Notes under the pieces: generated by a model
Databases searched by the model: none
Seen by the model: the letters and a program-made list of their open reading frames with translations, nothing else
What the model was told of the DNA's origin: nothing
Program-made: the position numbers and the translations under genes
From: Azolla caroliniana
Lineage: Eukaryota > Plantae > Polypodiophyta
DNA length: 64,000 bases
Direction of reading: 5' to 3'
Assembly: GCA_043228905.1 (NCBI GenBank)
Contig: JBHGNT010000015.1
Location: 6,944,001 to 7,008,000 of the forward strand
In this document: positions 34,762 to 46,866 of the stretch, piece after piece
Numbering within the stretch: the stretch's first letter is position 1
Layout of the letters: the number at the start of each line of letters is the position of its first letter

Positions 34762-37700
34762 TGTCGTGAAGATCCATCACTACACACAGATCGTGAGGCG
34801 GAACCGCCGGGGTTCTGGACCGGAAGGACTCGAAGTTTGCACTAACTTTAGCGAGAAAGGATTTAAGATAGATTAAAAGAGAGAGATTTAAACGCTTGAC
34901 TTTGGGTCAAGAGAGATTGATATGGCATGAGAGAGATAGAGAGTGAGAGAGATAAGATCAAACTTTTAACTTTAGATTTGAGAGAGAAGATATATCATCA
35001 ATTGGATAACGATTTTCTTACTTTTAATTTTAATTTTGATATAAAGTACAAAGCTTTCTTGATCCAAATTCCGTTGTTTCGAACACAATGCATGTTCTGA
35101 AACATTCGACCTCCTTTGAAATGGTCGTCATCTTCCTCGAGTCATCATCAATCTTCTTTTCATGTTGGATGCGTTGTTTAGGTGTCTCAACTTCTTTAGA
35201 TGGTTTTGATTTTTCTACGCTTGGTCTTACCAAGTCAATATCATCAAGCCATTGATGACGCTTGTCGATCTTGTTGCATGCTTGCTTCACCGCAACCCAG
35301 TTTGCCACAAGGCCGTTTGCTTGGGTATCATCTTCGAGGAGAGTCCCCAACTCTCGTTTATCCTTCATGTCCACGGCTTTCAAGAAGTACTTGTCCTCCT
35401 CCAACAACACTTAGTCCGTGTTGGGGAGACGACTAAACATTTGGTCGAACTCATCGTACACCCTTGAGCCGCTCATCTTCTTATTTTTCTTCTCTATCCA
35501 CCTCATCAAGGTATGTCGAGTCATCCTCGACAAATCTTCCGTCGCGAACTCCGCTAATATTGATCTTTCAAACTCTGACCACATTGTCTTGCCTTCTTGA
35601 AGCTTGATGACATGTCTTTGGATGTTGTTGGCAACAACTCTCTTGAAGCTTGCGATTTGAATTGCTTCAGACACGTCCCTTTGATTCATCTCCCTTCTAT
35701 ATGCATCAAGGAACTTCGTAATATTCCATCCGTCAAATTGACCCTCGAGCTCAACGACACGGTCGAAAGCCTTCTCCACGCTCGCATCATTGTCTCGAGA
35801 TCTCATCATTTGTTTGACAATCAACATCATCCTTTCGAAATCTCCCGCTTGGTTGCTTGAGGATGCCATCTCCAAGTATTGGTTGATCCTCGATTTGATC
35901 CTTCTTGCCGCCTCTTTCACGTCAGGTTCACCACTTAATTATGTCGTGAAGATCCGTCACTACTCGCAGATCGTGAGGCGGAAGCGCCGGGGTTCTGGAC
36001 CGGAAGGACTCGAAGTTTGCACTAACTTTGGCGAGAAAGGATTTAAGATAGATTAAAAGAGAGAGATTTAAACGCTTGACTTTGGGTTGAGAGAGATTGA
36101 TATGGCGTGAGAGAGATAGAGAGTGAGAGAGATAAGATCAAACTTTTAACTTTAGATTTGAGAGAGAAGATATATCATCAATTGGATAACGATTTTCTTA
36201 CTTTTAATTTTAATTTTGATATAAAGTACAAAGCTTGCTTGATCCAAATTCCCCTTTTGCTTGATTCCTCCACTCTTTTATAGATGCCCCCATGCATATG
36301 GTGCATGTGAGGGTGCAAGACATGCATGCAATGCACGCAATGCATGCTTGCCATGTGATCGTCTAAGATCTCACACATGAGAATTTACATGTAAAGCTAT
36401 AATGATAAAAATATAATTCCTAAAGAAATGGTTTGGTTTAATGGTAAGCCTATTGCTTCCTATCTTGGAGATGTTAAGTTTGAGTCTTGCTTACATCTTT
36501 TTCTTTTATGCACAAATACTATTAGGCTTTTGGACCAAATATCTTTAAGACACCATGCACCGCGATCAACTGACCCTTCCAATTTGCATTCGTTTAGTTT
36601 GGCTCGGTTCGGTCCGCATCCCGAGCCGGTTTGGTCTGCATCCAGAGGTCGCCGAATGCCGGATGTCGGGTCACCGGTTCCATCGCCGGATGTCGTCACC
36701 GTCCCTTACCAGATCCATCGTCGGATGGCGGTCACCGGTTGCCACCGGTTTTGGTTGGCCAAAACCTCGCCGGATGTTGGGTCACTGATCGCCAGTTCCG
36801 TCATCGGCTCCGTCACCGGTTCCATCGCCGATTGCTGGTTTCGTCCGGTCACCTGTTCTATCGTCGATTGGTTTGAGTTTCTTCACCAGCCGGTTCGGGC
36901 ACTTAGCCACGTCCCGCGACTTAGCCACATATGTCCATCTAGTCAAAAGTGGCGCAAGTCCAACTATTTCTTATGTGCTCTTAAGACATAGATGAAATAT
37001 GATGGATCTCAATCTGCTTATGTAGCTGGAGCCTAAACTTTTCCTATCTATGTGGGATGTTTCACAGTTTTATTTTTCTCTTTTTTCTTTTGCAAAACTT
37101 TATACCCAAATAACTGTTGGGATTACGGTCCCTCCGGATGGGATGGTCGGATGTCCGGGAATCGGGATGATGAAGATCCCGACTACGGAGCCGGATGATG
37201 AAGACCCCGGCTACGGAGCCGGATGATGAAGACCCCGGCTACGGAGCCGGATGACGAATGTACCCGGAGAGAGATCCGGATGCGGGGACATATTTGTGAA
37301 TATGTTTTTCCAAGAGCCCTTTGAGGCTATATTTGTAAATAGCCCGAAAGTCATATGTGTATAAATATGACTTAGGGCAAACAGTTTTGTAGTTGTTGCT
37401 CATTTTTCTGGTTTTCCACTTAGAGAGAGCTAAGTGAGCAGCCGAGAGAGAGACAGAGAGAGAGAGAGACGAAGAGGTCGTTGCCTCTATGTATTACCGC
37501 CGCCTGTGGCGAAGACAGTGAGCTCAAGGTTGTTGCCTTGTAGCTTCGCCATTGTACATTCCCTGCTTATAGTGATAGTTGGAGTTGGAGGACTCCCGTG
37601 GTTTTTCCCATTTAGGGTTTTCCACGTAAAACATCCTGTGTACTTTTCTCTCTATTGTCTTCGTGCATTTTGTATTTCCCGTTTTCTGAGAGTTGATCCT

Positions 37701-37939
37701 ATTCCTCGGTTGTGGCCGAGCACTGTTTTTCAACAATAACTTGACACTTAGATGTCCATTTCTTATGTAGTAAAAAGTATTCGAAAGCTCTTGAAGACCT
37801 TCATCTTCCCGTACCAAGATATTAAGCTAATCTAAAATAGTATCTTCTCTATTATTGTTTCATGTCTCGTGTGAAGAACCACACTTGATTTTGTACGTTC
37901 CATGCAATTTTCACACCATTGCCGAAAATCTTCACGACA
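34762..37939 (-). mobile_element. Internally deleted tRNA-Trp-primed gypsy element (5' LTR 35943-37939, gag fragment, truncated 3' LTR 34762-~35070)
   Basis: 34762-35070 repeats 35943-36250. PBS TGGTGAACCTGACGTGAA on the minus strand at about 35916-35933. Gag GQFDGWNITKFL..IASFKRV is homologous to the 15.9-kb gag. TSD ACGC/ATGC. Confidence 0.88.
37115..37735 (+). mobile_element. Ty1/copia solo LTR
   Basis: TGTTG...CAACA with perfect TSD ATAAC. Closely related to the LTRs of 54620-59922. Confidence 0.93.
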
Positions 37940-39689
37940 ATGCGATGGTGTGCACTCGACATAGATATCGGATCCACAGTCGGAGTTGTCAACCCACTCA
38001 TGAGCAATCCGGGAAGAGAACACTAGAATGCGATCAAGTGGATACTCCATTACTTGAAAGGAACCTCGAGTATGTGCCTTCGGTTCGGCTTAGGTAAACC
38101 CGAACTAGAAGGCTTTATGGATTCGGATATGTCGGCTGATGCGGATACCAGTTGGCCGGTCCACATCCGGATACGTCATGACATATGCAGGGGGAGTTGT
38201 ATCATGGTAGTCGAGGTTGCAGAAGTCCGTTGCACTGCCAACAACGAAAGTGGAGTACATGGCAGCTATGGAAGCCGCCAAGGAAGTAATCTGGATGAAG
38301 GACTTCATTAGAGAGCTAGGGATTCGACATGAGTAATAACGGCTCTACTGTGACCGCCAAAGTGCCAACCACCTTGCTAAAAACATGGCCTACCATTCTC
38401 GGACCAAGCACATCCAGAGAAGATATCACTAGCTCTAGGAGATGGTAGAAGATCAAAATTTCGTGCTGCCAAAGATCCACATGAAGCAGAATGGGTCGGA
38501 TATGTTGACCAAGGTGCTTTCAGCCGACAAACTCGACATGTGACAGAGACGGATCGGACTAACGAGAAATCCCATGCCGGAGTGAAGGGGGAGTTTGTTG
38601 GGAATTCGGTCCCTCTGGATGGGATCCGGAGGAGCCAAATCGGACGAGCCAAAGGAAGGAACCATGCCAGATGCAGCAACCGGACCGGAAGATATCCAGA
38701 TGGACCCGGTGTGAACCGGATCCTGGGACATATCTACAAATATGTTTCTAGTGTGCCTGTGAAGGTTATGTTTGTAAATAGCCTCAAAGTCATATAAGTA
38801 TAAATATGACTTAGGGCAATCACTTTGGATTTAGATGTTGTGAGTGTTGTTGTTGTTGTTAGTTGTATCATAGTAGTACAGAGAGAGAGAGAGAGAAGTG
38901 AACCCACCGGTTGGTGAAGATACAGAGCTCGAGGTCGTTGCCTCTGAGTCTCTTGTTGTACATCCTTTCTCGTATAGTGATAGTTGGAGTCTGTGGGCTC
39001 CCGTGGTTTTTCCCTATTAGGGCCTTCCAAATAAACATCTTGTGTTGTCTCTCTTTTGTGTATGTGTACGAAACTCCATTTCTGTGTTGTTCTTTCATAA
39101 ATTGTTTGAGTCTTGGTTGTGGCCGAGTGCTATTCCGCACAAACCTCTTCCTCCATTGCAGCATGCCAATTCACGTCCTTCGCCGGTTTTGCGTATATAC
39201 CCTTATACTCTTATACTCTTATACCCATACCAAATTACATGATTCTTTTGGTGGGTGGATTGGCTTAACTTCTGGTTCACCGATTTCGTGGCCCTCTCGA
39301 TCGACTTCGACCTCGTCTTCGAAGGTTCCTCTTCTTGCTTTTCGGATTCGAATTCACTCCGATCCAACTCGTCCTTGTCCATGCCATACTCCGACATCTT
39401 CTTCTTCCCCTTCTCTTTATGGTGAATCATCTCCTTAGTTCCTTGCAGGGGGAGAGCACGACCAAGTCTCCAGTGCTCGCCGGCTCATCATCCGGTTCAC
39501 CGCTCCGGCTCAACTAGTCTAGATTCGGTCCACTGATCTAGAGGGAAGTCGAACTATCTGGCTGATCGGATTCCTATATGCTTCCCTCTATTCTGGAATC
39601 TGTTGCATCGTCTTCACCAATCGGCTCGGGTGCGGGTGATGGGAATTACCAAGATGCTGACTCATCAACACGACATCGCGGTAAACTCG

Positions 39690-40650
39690 AACTTGCTTTG
39701 TGTGGGGGTTATAGCACTTGTACCCCTTCTACTTGTTGGAGTAGTCAAATTCCCATGAATTCCCTTAGTTTGTAGATAACTTGTGAACTGGCCGGAAAAA
39801 TATTCTTTTCCACCATCTGACCTCAGGCGTTGATCATCCTTCCGGTTTCTCGTACGTCATGACTCTTTAGGTCCCAGAAACGCGAGAAGACTTCGCTCTT
39901 CTTCTCGATCAAGTAGATCCAGGTGTGTTGGCTCAAATCATCGATGAAGGAGACGAAATATCAATTCATGTCGATGCTCACATTTTGAGTCGGTCTCCAC
40001 ACATCCAAATGTATAAGATCGAGCCGATTCCGGCTCTAATTCTTCTCATTAGGAATGGAAGCCTATGCTGCTTCCTGAGCTAGCAAGCTTCACAAATTTG
40101 TCCTTTCCGGCCACTAAACTTCAGCAATCCGGAAACCACGTGTTTCGACTACATCTCCTGAAGCTTCCGGAAGTTGATGTGGTTGATCTGCTTATGCCAC
40201 AGGTCGATGTCTGACTAGACCTTCTATCCTTTTGCGAACATAGAGGTGCCTACATTAATGGTTTTGAGGATGAACATTCTTCCATCCCGACGCCCTTGCG
40301 CAATGATCCGCCTTCCTCCTCGATGAAGCATCCGTGGTAAGTAAATCGAACCTGCATTCCATGATCCACATTCTGACCGACAAACAACAAGTTCTTGGTT
40401 ATCGTCGGTACATGCAAGACGTTCCTCATGATTCACTTCTGGTCGACAGGGCTCAAAGGGACTTCTCCAACGTGCTCGATGGGATGTGGGGTGTCTTCTC
40501 CGATTGCGACCACCCCCAACTTCTCCAGAAAGGAGAACCACGCTTTGGGGTTCGTTATGTGATTTGAAGAACCAAAGTCGATGTACCAAACCTCTTCCGA
40601 CTTTGAGGTGGATGCTCCTATCTTATTAGCCTCATGCTCAAGTTGGTCAA
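39690..40650 (-). pseudogene. Degenerate Ty1/copia protease-integrase remnant
   Basis: EVWYIDFGSSNH, GRRDGRMFIL, YFVSFIDD fragments; similar to 1-480 and 10.2-10.9 kb. Confidence 0.8.
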
Positions 40651-41235
40651 CAAGATCAGAACGAAAGACAGACCAAGGAAGGATGAAGTGACTCAGCCCG
40701 CGAGTGGAGCCACAATATATGAACTTGCAGACATGCGTTAAGAGATGAAAATTGCTCCAATTAGAAAGGAAGAAAGTCAAAGCTTCCCGGGTCGTCGTCT
40801 GGACTTTCCTCCTAGGTGTATTTGATCTGACTCCTTGGAACATCGATGGCGATATTGCTCTAAATATTAAAATGCCCTCTGACGAGACGTCATGTTGGAC
40901 TAAAATTCTTTGGGTGTATATTCCTAGTGTGAACACACTATCTCAAGTAGGGCTTAGTTACCCTAACTTTTTAAGTGTGTAAATGAGTTTTGTAAAATAG
41001 TTCAACGGGATTTGTAATGATATTATCTTATTGAGCTCTAACTGGTTTTCTTTGTGTACTTGTCTCTCTTCTCTCTGCACAATCTTGCTCCTGTGATTCA
41101 ACAGTGCACAACATTCACATTCTCACTTGTCATCATGTTTGTCTAATCCATATATAAGATCAAATTTGCTATTTTGTAATCAACCAGCTCTACATGTTAC
41201 AATAGCAAACTAAGATACAATACTGTCCATCAAAC

Positions 41236-41865
41236 TAGTATCAGAGTGAATCGGGATCTGACAACAAAAACACAAGGAGGAAAATAGACTGAAGGAAAGG
41301 AAAAGGTCAAGTACTCACTTCCACGAAGAATGATGGCCTCGACATACGGCACCGGTTGCGAGATTGGAAATTTTGATGGCAACACTTTGCCCTTTGGAAG
41401 GAGATGATGGAAGAAGTATTAATCATCCGGCATCAAATCGAGGCGATTTGGCACAACAAGCCAACCTTGATGACTACAGAAGAATAGCGTTGTCTGAATG
41501 AAATTGCCAAGTCAACCATTCGAATGCACTTGGCCAAAAATGTCTACTTTAGCATGGCCAAGGAGACATCAACATATGCCCTATTGGAGAAGGTGCAAGT
41601 GGTATATGAAAAGAAACCATCCTCATTTAAACTCGTATCGATCCAACAATTGTTCCATATGAAGAGGAAGGAAATTGACCCGACGACCTCTCACATCAAC
41701 ACCTTTAGTCGGGTGTTGGCCAAACTCTCCTCACAAGGGCTGAACTTTGACGAAGAAGTTAAAGCCCTTGCAATTCTCTCGACTCTGCCGGCAAGTTGGG
41801 AGGTCTTCTGCACTACCTTCACGAATAGCTCACCAAAGTTAATGCTGGATGAAGAAATTCGATGA
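41236..41865 (+). pseudogene. Degenerate copia PBS and gag
   Basis: TAGTATCAGAG PBS-like site. HINTFSRVLAKL..KALAILSTLPASW is a UBN2-type gag motif. Confidence 0.7.
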
Positions 41866-43224
41866 GGATCAATGGGATTCTCCATTGATGATGGTACATA
41901 AGCCCATTTTTCGGCTCCTTAGGCTTAGAGAACCGGCTGAAGCCTAGGCAAGCTGAGAAGAGAAATGACTGACATCAGTCGAGGTCATTTCTACTTCTGC
42001 GCCCATTACAGAAAGGCCAATCATAGTGTTGCCGATTACTTGTTAGTCAAGAAAGGGAATGGGTGCAAATTCAATCAGAATTCAAGATCATCCTATTCGA
42101 ACCATTCCCAAATCAGCAACCAAATCAACCAAATAGAAAGATGAACATGAGAATATGAACATGCAACATTCTTAGAGAGAATATGGATATGAAATTGAAT
42201 ATGACAATAAATCACATAAGAATCAAATGTCAAATCTGAGAATAGAAGAAAAAGCTATTTTGGAGGTAGATTGTTTGGGTTGTCGTTGAAATGAAAATGG
42301 AATAAGCTTCACATCTAAAAATGGCAAACATTGAAATGGAGAATGTTTGACAAGAAGAATGATGAAATGGAAGAAGCTTCAAATCCAAAAATGGAGTTCA
42401 TAATTAGTTGTGTCCTTGATATAACTCATCAACTGTGCAAAATCCTGCATGTAATTTGCATATTATGGCAATTTTAGGGATTATTAGAATGTGATCTCAA
42501 ATAAAGACCGACAAAAATGTTCGCCATAAATGGTAATATTTACCTCCCCATAATAAATGATATGTATCTTTAAGATTTTCACACTAAATATTAGCTATAA
42601 AAAAAACTAAGTTGTGGTCATTTTAGCTACATGTTAGCTATAATAGTGTTTCCATTCACACGCTTTCACAAGCTATAAATCTGAAAATGAAAATGGTGAA
42701 ATGGAGAATGCTCGATCGGAAGAAGAACGTCGAAATGGAGGATGGTTGGTTGGAAGAAGAACAATGAAATGAAAGAACTTTAAATCTGTAAATGGCGAAC
42801 GATGGAATGAAAAATGTTGGGTTGGAAGAACATAGCCAGCTTATCGATCACTGAAATACATGATTATTTCCATTCTTGCATCTAGGTCTTCACTTTTCCA
42901 ATCACTTCATTTAGGCTCCCTTGAAGGGTTTCTTATAGTTATGTGAGTCTAACTTTGTCAAACATTTATTCTTTTGCCTTCTGGTTTTTCTGTTCGTGTG
43001 TTAACTTTATTTCTTGTAAACATTGACTGACTTTTTATATTAGTGTCTAACGAAATATTTTATAGGTTGTTTGGATCAATCTAATATGATGTGTAGTTGC
43101 TTATATCAAAAAGGCATTTATTTGGGTACATCAAGATTAAAATAAGAAGAAACCAAATTGATAAAAGCATTGATGTAATTATAGAATTATATATTTAATT
43201 GTGGTGCATTAATTCATGTGTATA

Positions 43225-44368
43225 TGTTAATAATTAGGTAATTAACTAGGGTTAATTAGGGTCTAATTATGTGAGTATTGATAAAGGAGCGGAAGAGTAT
43301 GTGATTTGTGTGTGAGAGGAAGAGAGAGGAATATACACTTATGAACAATAATATACATGGGGGATGAACAATACACTTATTAACAAGTGTGTAGCTAAAG
43401 ATTTTTCTCTATATTAATAAGCATCAAAATACAACGATACCCACAATGTGGTATATATACATCTCATGTGCAAGGGTGCACATGTGTGAGGAGAATATAG
43501 ATCCAAGGATGTAAGTCCTATATTCAATGAACTTAGTAGTGGAGGATCTAGAATGTATCCATCTCAAGTACAAATCCGATTTAAGGCTTTAAGGTCAACA
43601 CTTCTAATTAGATTCTAATTATGTAACTACTACGTTACATGGTTGATTAAATAGCTAAACCTAGTTGAGCTTGATATCTCAACACGCCCCTTTAAGCTCA
43701 AGTGTGAGGCATCCGACATCTGGTTTTGCTTTGTGTTGCCCGACTTTCGATGTCGGCTTCTGTTCGACTTTCGGCGGTTCCTCTCCCTCAAGCCTGTGAT
43801 TTTGCCACAATAGTTGCAAGTAGCGGGCCTCATTTAATAATTAGGTAATTAACTTCTTTTCGGCATGGAAGTTCCCACTTCTTTTGAAGGTTAACCCTAA
43901 ACCCTACCATGTTAATAATTAGGTAATTAACTAGGGTTAATTAGGGTCTAATTATGTGAGTATTGATAAAGGAGCGGAAGAGTATGTGATTTGTGTGTGA
44001 GAGGAAGAGAGAGGAATATACACTTATGAACAATAATATACATGGGGGATGAACAATACACTTATTAACAAGTGTGTAGCTAAAGGTTTTTCTCTATATT
44101 AATAAGCATCAAAATACAACGATACCCACAATGTGGTATATATAATCTCATGTGTAAGGGTGCACATGTGTGAGGAGAATATAGGTACAAGGATGTAAGT
44201 ACTATATTCAATGAATTTGGTAGTGGAGGATCTAGAATGTATCCACTCAAGTACAGAATCCTATTTAAGGCTTTAAGGTCGACACTTCTAACTAGATTCT
44301 AATTATATAACTACTAAGTTACATGGTTGACTAAATAGCTAAACCTAGTTGAGTTTGATATCTCAACA
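43225..44368 (-). mobile_element. TRIM-like non-autonomous LTR element
   Basis: About 460-bp direct repeats at 43225-43684 and 43910-44368, both TGTT...AACA. 225-bp interior. PPT AAAGGGGCG on the minus strand. TSD GTATA/ATATA. Confidence 0.9.
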
Positions 44369-45859
44369 ATATATTTAACTGTCTCTTATCATGATGGGCT
44401 CCATGTGAATTTCCTACGAACATAATTTAAAATAGCATATAAAAATGATAGTTATAATATTTGTTTATTGTACAAGGTCCTAATAATATGGATCATTGTA
44501 ATCTCATCTACTTCAATGTGTTCATACCTTGCCCACCCATCTAACCTAGAGAGTAGGATAACCCACCTTGAGGATATCCCAATCTTAAGGGTTTCCTTCA
44601 ACTTACAATCATGTGCCAACATGCATCGTAAGAGCTCTTTGCGGCATTAGCGTTTCTAAATGGTGTCGTGAATATCATTGACATTATCGCTACCATTGTT
44701 GTGATTTTGATGAAAACCCACTTAGGATGGGCCTTTTTCTTTTCTTTTGGCTCTTAGGCAAAAGGGAGGAGATTGAGGCGTTTAGAGATGGTTAATTATG
44801 GTGTTGAGAAGGGAAAAGAGGGGTATGGGAAGGGGGAGTCTTGCTTCTAGGATTTTAGGGTTTATAAAATATTTATGTTTGAACGGTGATCCTTATTCTT
44901 CTTCTTTATGTGTTGAGAATTGAAAATGTCTTTCTCAATAGAGGTAGAGCCTTTAGGGAAGCCTTTCCACATCTTTTTGATCATTGATTAGAAGATATTA
45001 GTGAAGAATGGGAATTCAAATGGATCTTAAAAAGGTTGCATGAACGCGATGACAACGAAAGGCAACAAAGTTGTTCATCGTGGGCAAGCCGCACCAAAAA
45101 GTCCTTTTCTTCAATATCTGTTAATCCTAAATTGGGTAGAAGGGAGTATGGTGGACCAAGTGAGTCAAATGGGGTGAGCGGGCGTTGTTATTGAAGATGA
45201 TATGCGGAAGAATGTGTGTGAATCTACAAGATGATGTCAAGAAAACGTGTACAAGGCAGAGAAGTGGAATGTGCACAATATGAAGGAAAGTGGAACTCAA
45301 ATGAAGCTCTAATGGAAACTTGCTATTCTCTTATGTAACTCTATCAATGTTACATTTGGGCTTGTATATACTCAAGTCGTAACCTTTTATGCCAACAAAC
45401 TCCCCCGAAAAAGGGTTGCTTTTCCTATGTATACAAATAATTGGGGTTATCTCCCTCGTGAACCTAGATTACAATTTAATATCTGGTTACAAATGTATAC
45501 ATACAAGTCTATCGGCATTCGGCTGAATTAGTAGAGGTATAGTCTAAATCTTGCCTAATTCGGCTAGTCATCCAGATCATATGTTATTCTAGTCGATCGG
45601 ATCAACTGGTTCGGATCGTCTTGCGTCTGAGTAAATTCGTTCGGATTGGCTTGTGTCAGATTCTGACTCTCAGCCTCTAGTCAATCGTCTGCTCCCCATA
45701 CGTGCTTGTTGCTATGCTCCTCGTTGGATCCTCGATCTGTCTTCGGGTTCGTTCCCCCTCGATCGTTTCCTCTCTAGTTGGTATCCTCGCTCACAACTAC
45801 GTCTTTAGCCTCTCAACATTCTGATTCTTAGGACTTTTGCCTTTTCGGCTCGTTCGATC

Positions 45860-46866
45860 ATGTTGATCTTCGACTTTCATTGTGCTACTATTCGTTCGGC
45901 TCCTTTTTGCTTGGTTGCTTGTTGTAGTCCATCATGTTCGTCAATGCTCCGAAGCATTGTTCTGGGAGTGGCTTCGTCAAGCAATTGGCGATGTTCACCT
46001 TAGTGTCTATCTTCTGGACTTCGAGCTTCTTCTCCATTACGAGCTCTCAGATATGTTTTGTTTACAAATGAATGCATTATGAATGAGGTGTAGTGCACTC
46101 TACGAGTCACAATGGAATAATCGGTGTTGGATAGTCGATTCAGCTTGTCGCTGAAAAGTCGGCCGATAGTCGGTGCAACCAGATTGCTTCCTTGGTTGTG
46201 CCCTCTTGGAATTTCGACCTCCATGATATGGCACCACCGCCATAGATAAATATATAACCTGATGTTGCCTTCTAATTGTCCGGATTGCTAGCATAGTCGG
46301 AATCATAGCCTTAGAATTCGGTCAGATTGGGCGATTCGAAAGTCTGTTGTACCTCTTCGGTTCCTTGCAGATAGCAAAAGATGTGCTAGATTGCTTCCCA
46401 ATGCTTTTGTCCTGGGTTCGACAAGTACCGGCTGACGACCCCTACGGAATATGCAAGGTCAGGTAGGGTCACCACCATTGCGTATGTGATACTTCCTACC
46501 ACCGATGTGTAGGGTACCTTTCCATTGAGCTTTCTCTCCTCCTCGATAGAAGGAGAGTCCCTGTCTGTTAGTTGTGTCGATGTTGGGAGCAGAATCTGTG
46601 CCGGCTTAGCATTCTCCATGTTAAACCTTCTAAGCACCTTTTGGATATACTCGGACTGGGAGAGTTGGAGAGTCTTAGACATTCGATTTTGCTAGATCCT
46701 CATCCCTAGAATATGTCGGGCCTGTCCGAGTTCCTTCATCGAAAAATTGTCCTGAAGGCTCTACATTAGTTTCCCGATTTCGGCTTGATTACTCCCTACA
46801 ATCAACAAATCATTGACATATAGGATCAGGTAGATCCGGGTCTCGCCGACCATTTGCTGGATGTAC
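45860..46866 (-). pseudogene. Degenerate Ty1/copia RT-RNase H remnant
   Basis: YLILYVND, LSQSEYIQKVLRRFNM, PYTSVVGS..PDLAYSVGVVSRY. Confidence 0.85.

Larger units (their letters stand above)
31355..39141 (+). mobile_element. Degenerate Ty1/copia lacking its 5' end, with a nested gypsy; 3' LTR 38596-~39141
   Basis: Colinear with the polyprotein at 55230-59303. GSLMYA|MVCT is split by the insertion at 34762-37939. PPT GAAGGGGGAGTT. Confidence 0.88.

Noticed and set aside
42250-42830. Degenerate AAATGGAG..GAAGAA repeats
   Set aside because: No clear period, termini or ORF that could be supported.
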